A stretch of DNA of 64,000 bases from Thecamonas trahens ATCC 50062 (Eukaryota > Protista > Apusomonadida). Below the pieces are notes generated by a model. That model saw nothing but the letters and a program-made list of their open reading frames with translations. It did no database searches and had not been told where the DNA came from. The stretch spans positions 316,801 through 380,800 of the forward strand of contig NW_013657667.1 in NCBI RefSeq assembly GCF_000142905.1, written 5' to 3'. Both the position numbers and the translations under genes were made by a program. Positions within the stretch are counted from its first letter, which is position 1. Every line of letters starts with the position of its first letter. Positions 33,506 to 43,489 of the stretch are shown piece after piece.

Positions 33506-35056
33506 TCACTCCGTTTTGCCACCGCGCCGCAACTTGATCAGCCGCTTGAGCGCCGGGACAAGCTCGCGCTCGCAGGCCACAAAGGCGGCAGCAACAACAA
33601 GAAGACCGAGCACGCCTGGTGCAACATGGACCGCACGCTGCGTCCACGATCCGTAGCAGCCATCGGAGTCGAGCTTGACCCACGCGGCGGCCGAGCCATG
33701 GGCGGCGGCGGCAGCAACGCCAAACGCTGCCCAGACCGGCGGGCTTGGAACAAGGTCCCACAGCGCCGCGCCAGTCGGCAGCGGCACGCCATCGTTGGGA
33801 AGCGTGACATAGATGGCGTAGAGCGAGTACGTGATGCGCTGGGCCATATTGAACATGTTGGCGGCAATGAGCCCGACAGTGCCAGCATAGGTGGTGCCAG
33901 CAAGTCCAGCGATGATGTACGCAACCGAGAAGACCAGCAGCATCCAGTTGAGACGCGCCAAGCCGGCCTTGGACGCGCAGCCGTGGAGGTAGGCTTCGGT
34001 CACGCCGTTGAGCGCCATGAACCCGACATACAGCGAGTACCAGGCGAGGATGGCCGGCGCGTCGGTGGCTACCCACCGCGTTCCGTAGAGGAGTTCAAGG
34101 AGGAGGTGGGCGTAGGGCGGGCCAAAGGTGGCAAACAAAAGTCCGATGCTCACCATGCCCTTGCAAAGCACGGTGAGCAGGCCATAGCGTGCGGTCGAAT
34201 TGCGATCACGCCCGGCAAGCGAGAATGCGTTGAGCGCCGTCTCCTCAACAGGTTGGAAGATGACACGTGCCACAAGAGAGCCAAGGTTGTTCACAAGCGC
34301 AAAAACGCCCTGATCGTACAGCGACTGGACGGCCACAAGGATGATCGATTCGCCGTAGGTGAGCGCGTACTTGAGCACCGTTTGTGCGGCGAGCGCCGAG
34401 ACCAACGGACTGTGCCGCACTAGCGGGCCTGCGCGCGGAATGGCCTCACTCAGCGCAAAGCCAGATCCCGCCATAAGGTAGCCAACCAGGACGACGCCGG
34501 CGTACGCGAGGTGGCCCAGGGCAAACGAGACGACGCCAGCGCCGGCAGCGACGACGCCGGCGTAGGTAACGATGCAGCGGAGGAGGACACCGACAGCTTC
34601 AATCTGGGCGCGGACTACGTAGCGAGCCTCCAACAAGACCGCAACGTACAGCGGCTCGGCAGCTAGCTCGACCGCGGCGGCGGCAAGAGTGAGCCCGAGC
34701 GCGGACGCCGCGCCCGGAACAGCAGCGGCGGCTGGATCGGGAGCAAGGATGAGCGAGTGAGCCGCGAGGCAGGCGGCGAGAACAAGGCCGATAGGAAGAC
34801 CCCATGCAGCCAGAGCGCGGGCATCAGCCGGAGCAGCCGCCATGCGCAGCGCCGCGCGACGCAGCGGCTCGCGAGCCAGAAAGAGAACGGTGGAGAGAGC
34901 GAGCTGGAGCGAGACGGCCGCCAGGCCGTAGGCCTCGGGCGCCATGCGAGCCACCACTAACTGGTTGAGCACAAAAGAAGCCAGTCGAGAGCCGGCCTGC
35001 ACCCCGACAAGCAGCGTAGCTCCCGTGAGCGCTGCCCCAGTGGGGGTGGAGGTCAT
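33506..35056 (-). CDS. RFT1: RFT1 oligosaccharide translocation protein
   Basis: LFLAREPLRRA, DQGVFALVNNLGSLVARVIFQPVEE, FMALNGVTEAY, GLIAANMFNMAQRI. Confidence 0.93.
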   Translation of the reverse strand: MTSTPTGAALTGATLLVGVQAGSRLASFVLNQLVVARMAPEAYGLAAVSLQLALSTVLFLAREPLRRAALRMAAAPADARALAAWGLPIGLVLAACLAAHSLILAPDPAAAAVPGAASALGLTLAAAAVELAAEPLYVAVLLEARYVVRAQIEAVGVLLRCIVTYAGVVAAGAGVVSFALGHLAYAGVVLVGYLMAGSGFALSEAIPRAGPLVRHSPLVSALAAQTVLKYALTYGESIILVAVQSLYDQGVFALVNNLGSLVARVIFQPVEETALNAFSLAGRDRNSTARYGLLTVLCKGMVSIGLLFATFGPPYAHLLLELLYGTRWVATDAPAILAWYSLYVGFMALNGVTEAYLHGCASKAGLARLNWMLLVFSVAYIIAGLAGTTYAGTVGLIAANMFNMAQRITYSLYAIYVTLPNDGVPLPTGAALWDLVPSPPVWAAFGVAAAAAHGSAAAWVKLDSDGCYGSWTQRAVHVAPGVLGLLVVAAAFVACERELVPALKRLIKLRRGGKTE

Positions 35057-35244
35057 GGCGGTGGGGGGGGGGGGGGGGGGGGGGAAGTGGTGGGGTGACT
35101 GAGGTTGAGGCGCAGGCCGAAGCTGAGGTCATGGACGGCGCGCGTCGCTCGGGCTCGCCGGGCTCGACTAGGCGGCGGCGGCGGCTCATTGGAGGTTTCA
35201 TCGGTGGATGTGCTGGGGATGAAAGGTGGCGGGAACGACGGAAG

Positions 35245-36744
35245 CTACAAGCCGAACCACACCATCATGTATGCTTTGCCCGCATACTCAAAGACCCGAA
35301 CTTGGCGCTCGCCGGAATGGAGCTCGGCAAGGAGATCGTCTGACGCCCAGACGTCTGATCGGGTGGTGCCGGTGGTGGGATCGCGGAGGAGTGGGTACCG
35401 CTTGACGTCGACGACGTCGTACGAGGAGTTGGAGACAGCAAAGACGTTGAGCTCGCGGGCAGCCTTTTGGGTCATAACGAGAAGAGGTGACGGATGACCC
35501 GTGGTGACGTCGGCGGAGGTCAGGATGCAGAGTGGATGACGTTGCCTGGAAACGACCTCGATGTTGAAGACAATGTGAAGCGCGCCGTCGATGCTGATAA
35601 AGTGACCAGGAGCAATCTGATTGGTGCCGACGAGGTCGACGCCCGCAACATCGGGAAAGTCGTAGCACAAGTTGCCAAAACCCGAGGCGTCCAGCACCTC
35701 GAGCGAGGACATGGCTTTCAACCAACCTGATTTCAACCTCCTCCTGGTAAAGTCGCACCCGGAAGTATCCAGGTACTTGAGCTTATTGGCACGGAACCGC
35801 AGGATGTCAAGGCCCTCCACGTCCACGGACGAGGAGGAGAGATCAAGACGGCGGATGTGCCGTGAGACAAGCGGCACGGCAAGGACCTTGCCCAGAAGCA
35901 CCGAGTCGGCTGGCTCGCCACAGACTGCTGCGATGTCAACAAGGCGCAGGCGCCGATAGAGCGAGGCATCGGTGCCGACTCGCGCCCAGCTCTTGCATAC
36001 CTCACGGGCCCGCAGACAGTCGAAAATTGTCAGCTTGCTGAGAATGGTGAGGATGAGTTCGTCAGGCAGCTCGGCCCAGGCCGACAAAGCGTCATCAGTG
36101 CCACAGGGGGGTGGCGGTGAGGCGAGGGCGAGCGAAGCTTGGTTAGCAGCAGCAAGTCGACCCTTAATCTCGGTGAGCGCGCCACGGATGGCCGTTCCGA
36201 TGTGGTCACAGTTCTTGAACAAATACAGCGACTCGATGGACTCGAAGCTCTGCAACGACCGCGGCGTATTGAGGATCCGCGGCAGATGAGCCACCGCTCT
36301 ATCTCTGACAAGTCGCATTATGGTGCTATACGGAATGCTATGGGCGACAACGATGGCTATCCGGGCAAGACGGGCGAGGATCGGGTTGAGCAGCAAGAAA
36401 AGGGTCACCTCCTCGCAGCCAACAGGCACGACGGTAAGACCGCCACCCAGCACATCATCACCATCTCCAATGGTCAGAAACTTGCTCTTGACATCATCTA
36501 GAGTCATCACCTCAGGGACATCACGGCGCAGATCAACCACCCACTGCCTTCCTTGCTTCTTCTTCTTCGCTGTAGCCCGATCCGTGACCACGACGAGCAG
36601 CAGATGATCTGGAGCGACCGTCATTGCCTTTGTCTTGGTAGACTTCCCCGAGGCCGGCGGGAGATGGACAGTGAACGGAGTTGTCGGTATGTTGGGCGGC
36701 GAGGGAGATAAACTGTCGGGGGATGTAGACGACGATGACGCCAT
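35245..36744 (-). CDS. F-box/LRR protein with an N-terminal extension
   Basis: WAELPDELILTILSKL...VCKSWARVGTDASLYRRLRL; LRR-like IRRLDLS, LKYLDTS, LEVLDAS. Confidence 0.75.
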   Translation of the reverse strand: MASSSSTSPDSLSPSPPNIPTTPFTVHLPPASGKSTKTKAMTVAPDHLLLVVVTDRATAKKKKQGRQWVVDLRRDVPEVMTLDDVKSKFLTIGDGDDVLGGGLTVVPVGCEEVTLFLLLNPILARLARIAIVVAHSIPYSTIMRLVRDRAVAHLPRILNTPRSLQSFESIESLYLFKNCDHIGTAIRGALTEIKGRLAAANQASLALASPPPPCGTDDALSAWAELPDELILTILSKLTIFDCLRAREVCKSWARVGTDASLYRRLRLVDIAAVCGEPADSVLLGKVLAVPLVSRHIRRLDLSSSSVDVEGLDILRFRANKLKYLDTSGCDFTRRRLKSGWLKAMSSLEVLDASGFGNLCYDFPDVAGVDLVGTNQIAPGHFISIDGALHIVFNIEVVSRQRHPLCILTSADVTTGHPSPLLVMTQKAARELNVFAVSNSSYDVVDVKRYPLLRDPTTGTTRSDVWASDDLLAELHSGERQVRVFEYAGKAYMMVWFGL

Positions 36745-37275
36745 GGTAGCTGTGGCCTATTGCTATGGAGCGATGTGGTGGCTGCTGCTGCCAGGGAAAG
36801 AAGATTCCATTTGGTGGCGGTTGAGTGGGCCTGCAGCAGGAAAGGTGGGCAACAGATCAAGGGATTAGGAGATCGGAAGAGGGGCAGATGGTACGAAAGG
36901 AGGATCGGGGAGGGGATGGAGGGAGGGGAGGGGAGGGGAGGACTGAGCTGATGGTTGTGGGGATCGGTATCGGGAGCATTTCTACATAATCACCCTTCAT
37001 ATACCTCTGTCAGCACCCCCCAAGTACAACTCCTTTATCCTCCCTCGGACAATCAATGCGATCAATGCGCAGTAGCATGTGGTGGAGAATGACCGTCCTG
37101 AGGGGGATGGGCGAGAGTGTGCTGCGACCGACATCGGCCGTCTGCCGGTCGGTCGGCGGCAGCGAAGGCTCTAATCGACTCTAGCGGAGACGGCGACCAA
37201 GAGAGGGGGGGAGGGGGGGGGGGACACGGCTCCCCCTTCCAGACGGGCGTGGTCACACTCGACTGCGGTTGTGAC

Positions 37276-39897
37276 ATGCCACGGGCGAACAAGGGCTCCT
37301 CGAGGGCCAAGAACAAGGAGCGGTTTTCGGCTGCGCAAGAGCGGCGAAAGGCACGGGCAGCAGCTGGCGGAGGCGGAGGCGGTGGCGGTGGAGGCGGTGG
37401 GGGGAGCAAGGCTGGGAGCAACAAGGGCGAGGGTGATGAGGAGGAAATGAGCTTGCAGATGCGAATTGCAGCAACGCCTGTCGGGGCTATGGTGCGGCTG
37501 TACAGGGACGAGCTCAGGGAGCGCAGAGCGCTGTCCAAGGTCGAGCTCCGTAAGTATGTTCTGGGCGTACTGGCCGACGATGAGGCTGCAAGGGCGGAGG
37601 CGCCGGCCTCGCTGGAGAGCGCATACGCGTTGGTGGTAGCGGAGAACAAGGCCGACTTTATCAAGGTTGCGGCCATTGATCCGCGCTGGCTCATCGAAGA
37701 CTTGGAGTTTGCGCCGTATCTGCCGGCACCTGCCGATGGGGCGGCCGATCCGGATCGGACGGCGGTACTCGAGGTGCTGGCAGATGATGTGGAGGCCCTG
37801 CTCAAGGCCCCGCATCGCGAGTTTTGGTGCCACGTGCTATTGGATCCCAAGCTGAAGGAGGCGGTTGACACGTTCCTGCGCTTTGCGCCGCGGGCGTGGG
37901 ATGTGTTCTTTGTGTCGGGTGCAGCGGCGCCCGACGCCAACGGAGCCTTGGTGCTTGCTGGCGGCGACGCCGAGACGGCAGCAGCGGAGGAGCGGGTCTT
38001 CCGGGCGATGGCAGCAACGCTACTGCGTATGTCGACGCGGAAAGAGAGCGAGACGGCATTCTTTTCAGCGGGCGCCTTTGCTGACACGCTCTACGAGAAC
38101 TGGGTGTTTGACGTGCCCAAGCTGTTGGATATTGCGGCGGTGTACGGGCCGCGCAACAGGGATTTTGTGGCACGACTTGTGGGCGCGGTCATCAACGAGC
38201 AGCCGGCGTACCTGGACGACTGGCTCGGCGCGACAGTGGCCATCTGCGGGGCGCTGGAGGATGCGCGTGCGCGCGGACTGAGCGCCGCCGGCGCAGATGC
38301 GATTGACACGCTGCGGTTTGTGGCTGACACAGTCGGCTCACTGGCTGCGCTGCAGGACGCGTCGCCGCTGTTCTCAGCAGCACTCGGGGAGCATCACGAG
38401 CTCATCACCGAGCTCGCCGCACTGTACACGCAGGCTCTCTCGCCGCTAGAGGCCGCGGCGGCGAGTGTGACTGGTGGCTCGCCGTCAAACCTGCGGCTGG
38501 ACCTTGCGCTGGACCATGTGCGGACGTCCATCCTTCACATTTTGCACTGCGTGTTTGAGCGTGAGTTCCTCGACGTCCTCCTCAAGCGGCGGCTGTCGTC
38601 GACGGCGTCGAAGCGCGGCGGGCTCGCTGGCGTCGAAGCGAGCTTCCGGCGCCTTGTGGGCCACTTTGTGGAGGCGTACCTGGACTTGCTCAGTGCGGTT
38701 GAGCGCAAGTATTTGCTTTCGTGGAGTCTGGTCCGTGTGGCTGAGGCATGGGAGAAGGAAGTCGAGGTGGCGGCGGCGTGGGCGTCGATGGCCGACCTTG
38801 TGGCGTCGGCAGCAGCGTCGCAGAATCCCAACTACATCGAAGCGTCGCCAGCATGGCCTGGCCCGCCCAAGACGCCGAGCTCGCGGCGGACGCCTGGGCA
38901 TGGTGGGCAGACTGCATTTGCCCACCTTGACACCAAGAGCATCGAAGAAGTGCGGGCGATCTTCCCCGAACTGGGCGAGGGCTTTGTCTCGGCCTGCCTC
39001 TCGACGTACGGTGGGCAGGCGTCCGCGGTGATCGACGCCTTGCTGGAGGGCACGCTCCCGCCGGCGCTTGACGAGCTCGAGCGGAGCATGGGCATGGACG
39101 GGCTCGATGCGTTTGCCGCCGAGCACGGTGGGCCGTCTGGCGGCGGCGACGACAGCGATGCTGCCGGCCCGTCGGGCGACGGCGATGACGATACTGGCGC
39201 ACGACGCAATGTGTTTGACTGGGAGGAGCTCCAGTACGGCAAGCTGTACTCGGGCAAGCACGGTGGGAGCCAGAGCGACGACGAAGGCCTCGACGACGAC
39301 CTGCGGGCGCGAATCGTGGCCATGACACGAGTCGATGCGCTGCAAGATTTGTACAACGACGAGTACGACGACTCGTTTGACCAGCTCTCTGTCACCAAGT
39401 TCCATGTCGCCGATGGCGGCACGGTGGACTCGGAGCGCGTTGGTGCCGGCCGGCCGTCGTCGCCTCCAGATGGTGGGCGGCGTGGTCGTGGCCAGGGATC
39501 GAGCAAGGCCAAGGGCCAAGGTCAGGGTCAGGGCAAGGGCAAGGGCAACAGCAACAAGGGTAAGGGCCAGAATCAGGGCCAGGGTCAGGGCAAGGGCAAA
39601 GGCAACGGCCAAGGCCAGGGTCAGGGCAAGGGCAAGGGCAACAGCAACAAGGGTCAGGGTCAGAATCAGGGCCAGGGTCAGGGCAAGGGCAAAGGCAACG
39701 GCCAGAGTCAAGGTCAGGGTCAGGGCAAGGGCAAGGGCAACAGCAACGGCAAGGGCAACGGCAAGGGAAAGGGCAACGGCAAGGGTCAAGGCCAAGGTGA
39801 GGGCACAGCGCCGAGCCAAAGAACCGCCCGGAGGCAGCAGACCAACCGTCGCAACCATCGGCGCCGCCAGGCTGACAAAAAGCGCGCCATCAAGTAG
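37276..39897 (+). CDS. ASCC2: Activating signal cointegrator 1 complex subunit 2 (CUE domain)
   Basis: LLKAPHREFW, RMSTRKES, LYENWVFDVPKLLDIAAVYG, CUE IEEVRAIFPELGEGFV...LLEGTLP, RRNVFD, YNDEYDDSFD, NHRRRQADKK. Confidence 0.9.
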   Translation: MPRANKGSSRAKNKERFSAAQERRKARAAAGGGGGGGGGGGGGSKAGSNKGEGDEEEMSLQMRIAATPVGAMVRLYRDELRERRALSKVELRKYVLGVLADDEAARAEAPASLESAYALVVAENKADFIKVAAIDPRWLIEDLEFAPYLPAPADGAADPDRTAVLEVLADDVEALLKAPHREFWCHVLLDPKLKEAVDTFLRFAPRAWDVFFVSGAAAPDANGALVLAGGDAETAAAEERVFRAMAATLLRMSTRKESETAFFSAGAFADTLYENWVFDVPKLLDIAAVYGPRNRDFVARLVGAVINEQPAYLDDWLGATVAICGALEDARARGLSAAGADAIDTLRFVADTVGSLAALQDASPLFSAALGEHHELITELAALYTQALSPLEAAAASVTGGSPSNLRLDLALDHVRTSILHILHCVFEREFLDVLLKRRLSSTASKRGGLAGVEASFRRLVGHFVEAYLDLLSAVERKYLLSWSLVRVAEAWEKEVEVAAAWASMADLVASAAASQNPNYIEASPAWPGPPKTPSSRRTPGHGGQTAFAHLDTKSIEEVRAIFPELGEGFVSACLSTYGGQASAVIDALLEGTLPPALDELERSMGMDGLDAFAAEHGGPSGGGDDSDAAGPSGDGDDDTGARRNVFDWEELQYGKLYSGKHGGSQSDDEGLDDDLRARIVAMTRVDALQDLYNDEYDDSFDQLSVTKFHVADGGTVDSERVGAGRPSSPPDGGRRGRGQGSSKAKGQGQGQGKGKGNSNKGKGQNQGQGQGKGKGNGQGQGQGKGKGNSNKGQGQNQGQGQGKGKGNGQSQGQGQGKGKGNSNGKGNGKGKGNGKGQGQGEGTAPSQRTARRQQTNRRNHRRRQADKKRAIK
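39505..39800 (+). repeat. Coding low-complexity (GQ/GK/GN) repeat in the ASCC2 tail
   Basis: GQGQGKGKGN-type units. Confidence 0.85.
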
Positions 39898-40218
39898 GCA
39901 GCGCGGTCCAAGGGACAACAAACGCGCCATCGTGTTGGCGATGACCAGCGAGCGAATGAACTTGGCTTCCATCCCTGCTTCTTCACTTCTCAAACTCGTA
40001 TCACTCTGGCCACAGATTCGGCTCGCGCCGTCCGCGGCGGACAGCATGGAGGCTCGCCTCATGCTCCCCCCCTCTTCTGCATCTACTCCTGGCGCCTCGA
40101 TCGACGATCCCGAGGGCCACACCCGGTGAAGCGCCACCATCCTCAGTTCTGGCCTACGCACCTTTATCGTTTTGCAGACCGAGACGCCGCCGCTAGCCGC
40201 GTCATGATGCACCGGTGG

Positions 40219-41238
40219 CTACGCTACGACGTCCGGGTCAAAAACGAGGGCAAAGTCCTTCGATCCCTTGCCCTCAGTGGGCGGCGAGGATGGAAAGGCC
40301 TCGGCGAGCGCAGCAAGAGTGGCGGCGCGGTTCTCGGCGCTGGCGGCGTCGGCAGCCGCAGGGTTGCGAAAGGTGAGCGCGTAGTGGGCAAGCTTGGGCG
40401 AGAACTTGTTGTGGCGAATGACAAAGCCGAGCTTGGACAAGATGGCTTCAAACGTCGACTGATCCATGTATGCAGTGCGGAAGCAGAGCCGCGGGAGCAT
40501 GATGAACAGCAGACCGCGCGGCTTGAGGAGGGCAGCCAGGTTGACGAGCATGAGGCCGCGAGCGCGGGGCGTGGGCAGACAGTTGAGGACCATAGCACAG
40601 ACCACGACATCGTAGATGGGCTCAGGCCGCACGTCAAAAAAGTCCATCTGGGTGATACCCGGAGCCCGGGCGAGGAGATCGATGGCGAGGACGTCGAGCC
40701 AGGGCGTGACCAACAGCTTGGTGTTGATGGCCCCGACCTCGAGAACCCGCAACGGTGGCTCGCCCGAGCTCGGACGGCGACCCATACGGGTGACAATCTG
40801 AAAGACCCATTTGGAGGTCGAGTAGATGGAGGTTGAGAGGATCGATGCATCCTGGTACGCCTTCCGCCCGCCCATGGCCGCCAGCTTGGCCTCCACCTCA
40901 GCCATCCGCCCAGCCACAGCCTCGCCCTCGCCACGCCCCGCCCGGGCACGCAGAGCCTCCAGCTCATGGCTCAGCTCATGAAAGGCAGAGGTCAATGCCC
41001 GCGCTTGCCTCCGCGACCGCACTCCGCCACCGGTAATGGGTGTCCCGGCCGTCTTCCGCTTCTTCTTCTTCTTCTTCTTCTTGCTGCTGCTGCAGCTGCT
41101 GCTCGCCCCGCCACCGCCTCCGCTGCCCGTACCGGCTCCTCTACCTGCGCCATCTTCGCCGGCACCACTGCCCGCCACAGGCCCAGCAGCAGCCGCACGC
41201 GCCTTTCGCTTGCTTGCAACCTTGGTCTTCTTCGGCAT
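40219..41238 (-). CDS. BMT2: 25S rRNA adenine-N1 methyltransferase Bmt2 family
   Basis: MGGRKAYQDAS, LRVLEVGAI, VLAIDL, QMDFF, VVVCAMVLNCLPTPRARGLML, IMLPRLC. Confidence 0.85.
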   Translation of the reverse strand: MPKKTKVASKRKARAAAAGPVAGSGAGEDGAGRGAGTGSGGGGGASSSCSSSKKKKKKKKRKTAGTPITGGGVRSRRQARALTSAFHELSHELEALRARAGRGEGEAVAGRMAEVEAKLAAMGGRKAYQDASILSTSIYSTSKWVFQIVTRMGRRPSSGEPPLRVLEVGAINTKLLVTPWLDVLAIDLLARAPGITQMDFFDVRPEPIYDVVVCAMVLNCLPTPRARGLMLVNLAALLKPRGLLFIMLPRLCFRTAYMDQSTFEAILSKLGFVIRHNKFSPKLAHYALTFRNPAAADAASAENRAATLAALAEAFPSSPPTEGKGSKDFALVFDPDVVA

Positions 41239-41590
41239 CTGATCCGATGGATGTACCCAACCCTTACGGCGACAAGTGAGTGTGCTATCGTCCAACAGCC
41301 ATCGCCCCTGCCCGTCGCCATCGCACGCCCCATGCCCATCGCCCACCGTCCGCGCCGCTCCCCCCCCCTCCCTCCCTCCCTTCCTCCTCCCCCCCCGCCC
41401 CCCCGCACGCCCCAATCGCTCATCGCACGCCCCCTCCCCCCCCATCGTCCATCGCCCTCCCCCCCCCTTCTCTCTCCGTCGCGTCAGCCCACAGCCCACA
41501 GCGTCCACAGCACCCACGGAGCCCACAGCCTACACCACACCCCTCTCCCTCCCTCCCTCCCTCCTTCTCCTCCTCACGCAGACAGAGATC

Positions 41591-43489
41591 ATGCTGCGGC
41601 TGCGGGTGCACGGACTGGCCCGGTGGGGTGCATGCCGGAAGACTGCTGCTTTCTCACTGGGGTGGGCTCGCTGCGGGCAAAGGGCGGCGACGCTGGACGC
41701 GCTGGACACCAATGTGGCACTGAGTCAGGAGCAGGAGGCGGTGCTGGTCAAGGAAGAGCAGGCTCTGGCAGAGCTGGGCGATGTAGTGGCAGTGCTCGAC
41801 GGGCCCAAGGACGATCGCGAGCTGATCGATGCTGCTGTTGCTGCTCTCCGTTCTCCCTTCCTGGCTGTGGTCGTCGGCGAGTTCAACGCGGGCAAGTCGA
41901 CCTTTGTCAACGCCCTGCTCGGCGGGAAGCACGCGGCGATGGGCGTGACTCCGACCACGGCCGAGGTCACGGTCATTCACTACGGCGGGAGCGAGGAGAA
42001 CGCTCCCAGCGCGGCTGTTCATGCGGCAGCGGCGGGGAGCGTGAAGCGGCTCCCGCTGCCCATCCCGTGGCTCCGTCACGTTAATCTTGTCGACACGCCC
42101 GGAACCAACGCAGTCATCCGCGAGCATGAGCGCATCACTCAGCATTTTGTTCCGCGAGCAGACCTAGTGCTTTTCCTCACCTCGGCCTATTCGCCGTTCT
42201 CGGCCTCTGAGCGCGAGTTTCTGGCCTCGATTGCCGACCATGGCAAGAAGACCATGATTGTGTTGAACAAGGCCGACGTGGTGACCGACCCGACCGAGCG
42301 TGCCACTGTGGCCGACTTTGTCACCCGCAACGCCGCTGAGGTGCTCGGCGGCGCCGCTCCGCGTGTCCAGTTTGTCTCGGCCCGTGGCGCGCTCAAGGCC
42401 AAGCTTGCCGGCACGCCGCTCGACGGAACCGGCTTTGACGACCTCGAGGCCTTTATTGTCTCCCAACTCTCGTCTGACGCTCGTATTCGACTCAAGCTTG
42501 CCTCTCCACTCGGCACTGCGAGCCATCTGGCTCGTAAGTACTCGCAGGTTGTTGACGCCCGCCTCGCGCTCCTCGCCGGCGACTACACCGCGCTGCAGGC
42601 CGTCGACGCCGAGCTCGCCAAGACCCAGGCCGGCATGCAGGCCTCGCTCAAGGCACAGCTCGATCGCATTGACTCGGTTTTGTACCGACTTGCGGAGCGC
42701 GGCGATGAGTTCTTTGACGAGCAGCTGACGCTCACCAACTTTCGCGCCCTCTTCTCCGCCGCCGAACTCAAGGCATCGTTTGAGCGCGACGTGGTGAAGG
42801 ATCTCTCCTACCAGATGGAAGAGCACGTCAACGAGTTTATCGACTGGTTTGTTGAGCGCAACAATGATCAGTGGGCGCGAGTCCACCGCATCCTCACCAC
42901 CGCCACCCAGAATAGCCCGCAGGCCGACGACGACGACGCTGACCTCGCCGACGCTCGCAACGTTTTGGTCCAGCAGCTGGGGGCAGTCGACGTTTCGCGG
43001 CGCTCGCAGCTCCTCGACCACATCGGCTCCCAGGCTGCGTCGGTAGTGACGTCTTTCGACAAAAAGGCAGAGGCTGCCAAGCTCGCCGACTCCCTCCGTT
43101 CCGCCATGGTCTCTGCGCTCGGCACCACCGGCGCGCTCGGGCTCTCGACGGCGCTGGTAGTGGCCATGACCGACATTACCGGGACGCTCCTCCTTGGCGT
43201 CCTCGCTGCTTCGGGTCTCTACATCTTGCCCTATCGTAAGCGGCAGCTCCGCGCTGAGCTCCACGAGCGCATCGAGGAGCTGCGCGTCAAGCTCAACGAC
43301 TCCCTCGAGGCCACGTTCCGCAACGAGCTCCACGCCACCGACGGCGAGATCCGCGCCGCACTCGCGCCGTACGCCAAGTTTGTCACCTCGCAGGGTCGCG
43401 AGCTTGAGGAAGCCGCAGCGCGCCTCGACACTGTAGACAACACTTTTGCTAAGCTCAAGGCTGACCTCGACGCCGACACCCAGTCATGA
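41591..43489 (+). CDS. FZL/bacterial-dynamin-like GTPase with a C-terminal hydrophobic hairpin and a mitochondrial-type presequence
   Basis: GEFNAGKS, GVTPTT, LVDTPGTN, FVPRADLVLF, VLNKAD, FVSAR, KLASPL; two hydrophobic segments followed by a coiled coil. Confidence 0.88.
   Translation: MLRLRVHGLARWGACRKTAAFSLGWARCGQRAATLDALDTNVALSQEQEAVLVKEEQALAELGDVVAVLDGPKDDRELIDAAVAALRSPFLAVVVGEFNAGKSTFVNALLGGKHAAMGVTPTTAEVTVIHYGGSEENAPSAAVHAAAAGSVKRLPLPIPWLRHVNLVDTPGTNAVIREHERITQHFVPRADLVLFLTSAYSPFSASEREFLASIADHGKKTMIVLNKADVVTDPTERATVADFVTRNAAEVLGGAAPRVQFVSARGALKAKLAGTPLDGTGFDDLEAFIVSQLSSDARIRLKLASPLGTASHLARKYSQVVDARLALLAGDYTALQAVDAELAKTQAGMQASLKAQLDRIDSVLYRLAERGDEFFDEQLTLTNFRALFSAAELKASFERDVVKDLSYQMEEHVNEFIDWFVERNNDQWARVHRILTTATQNSPQADDDDADLADARNVLVQQLGAVDVSRRSQLLDHIGSQAASVVTSFDKKAEAAKLADSLRSAMVSALGTTGALGLSTALVVAMTDITGTLLLGVLAASGLYILPYRKRQLRAELHERIEELRVKLNDSLEATFRNELHATDGEIRAALAPYAKFVTSQGRELEEAAARLDTVDNTFAKLKADLDADTQS

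Noticed and set aside
38485-40836. Long antisense and alternative-frame ORFs (for example 38485-40212, 40126-40836, and many similar ones across the window)
   Set aside because: Shadow ORFs caused by high GC3 in real genes; no motifs
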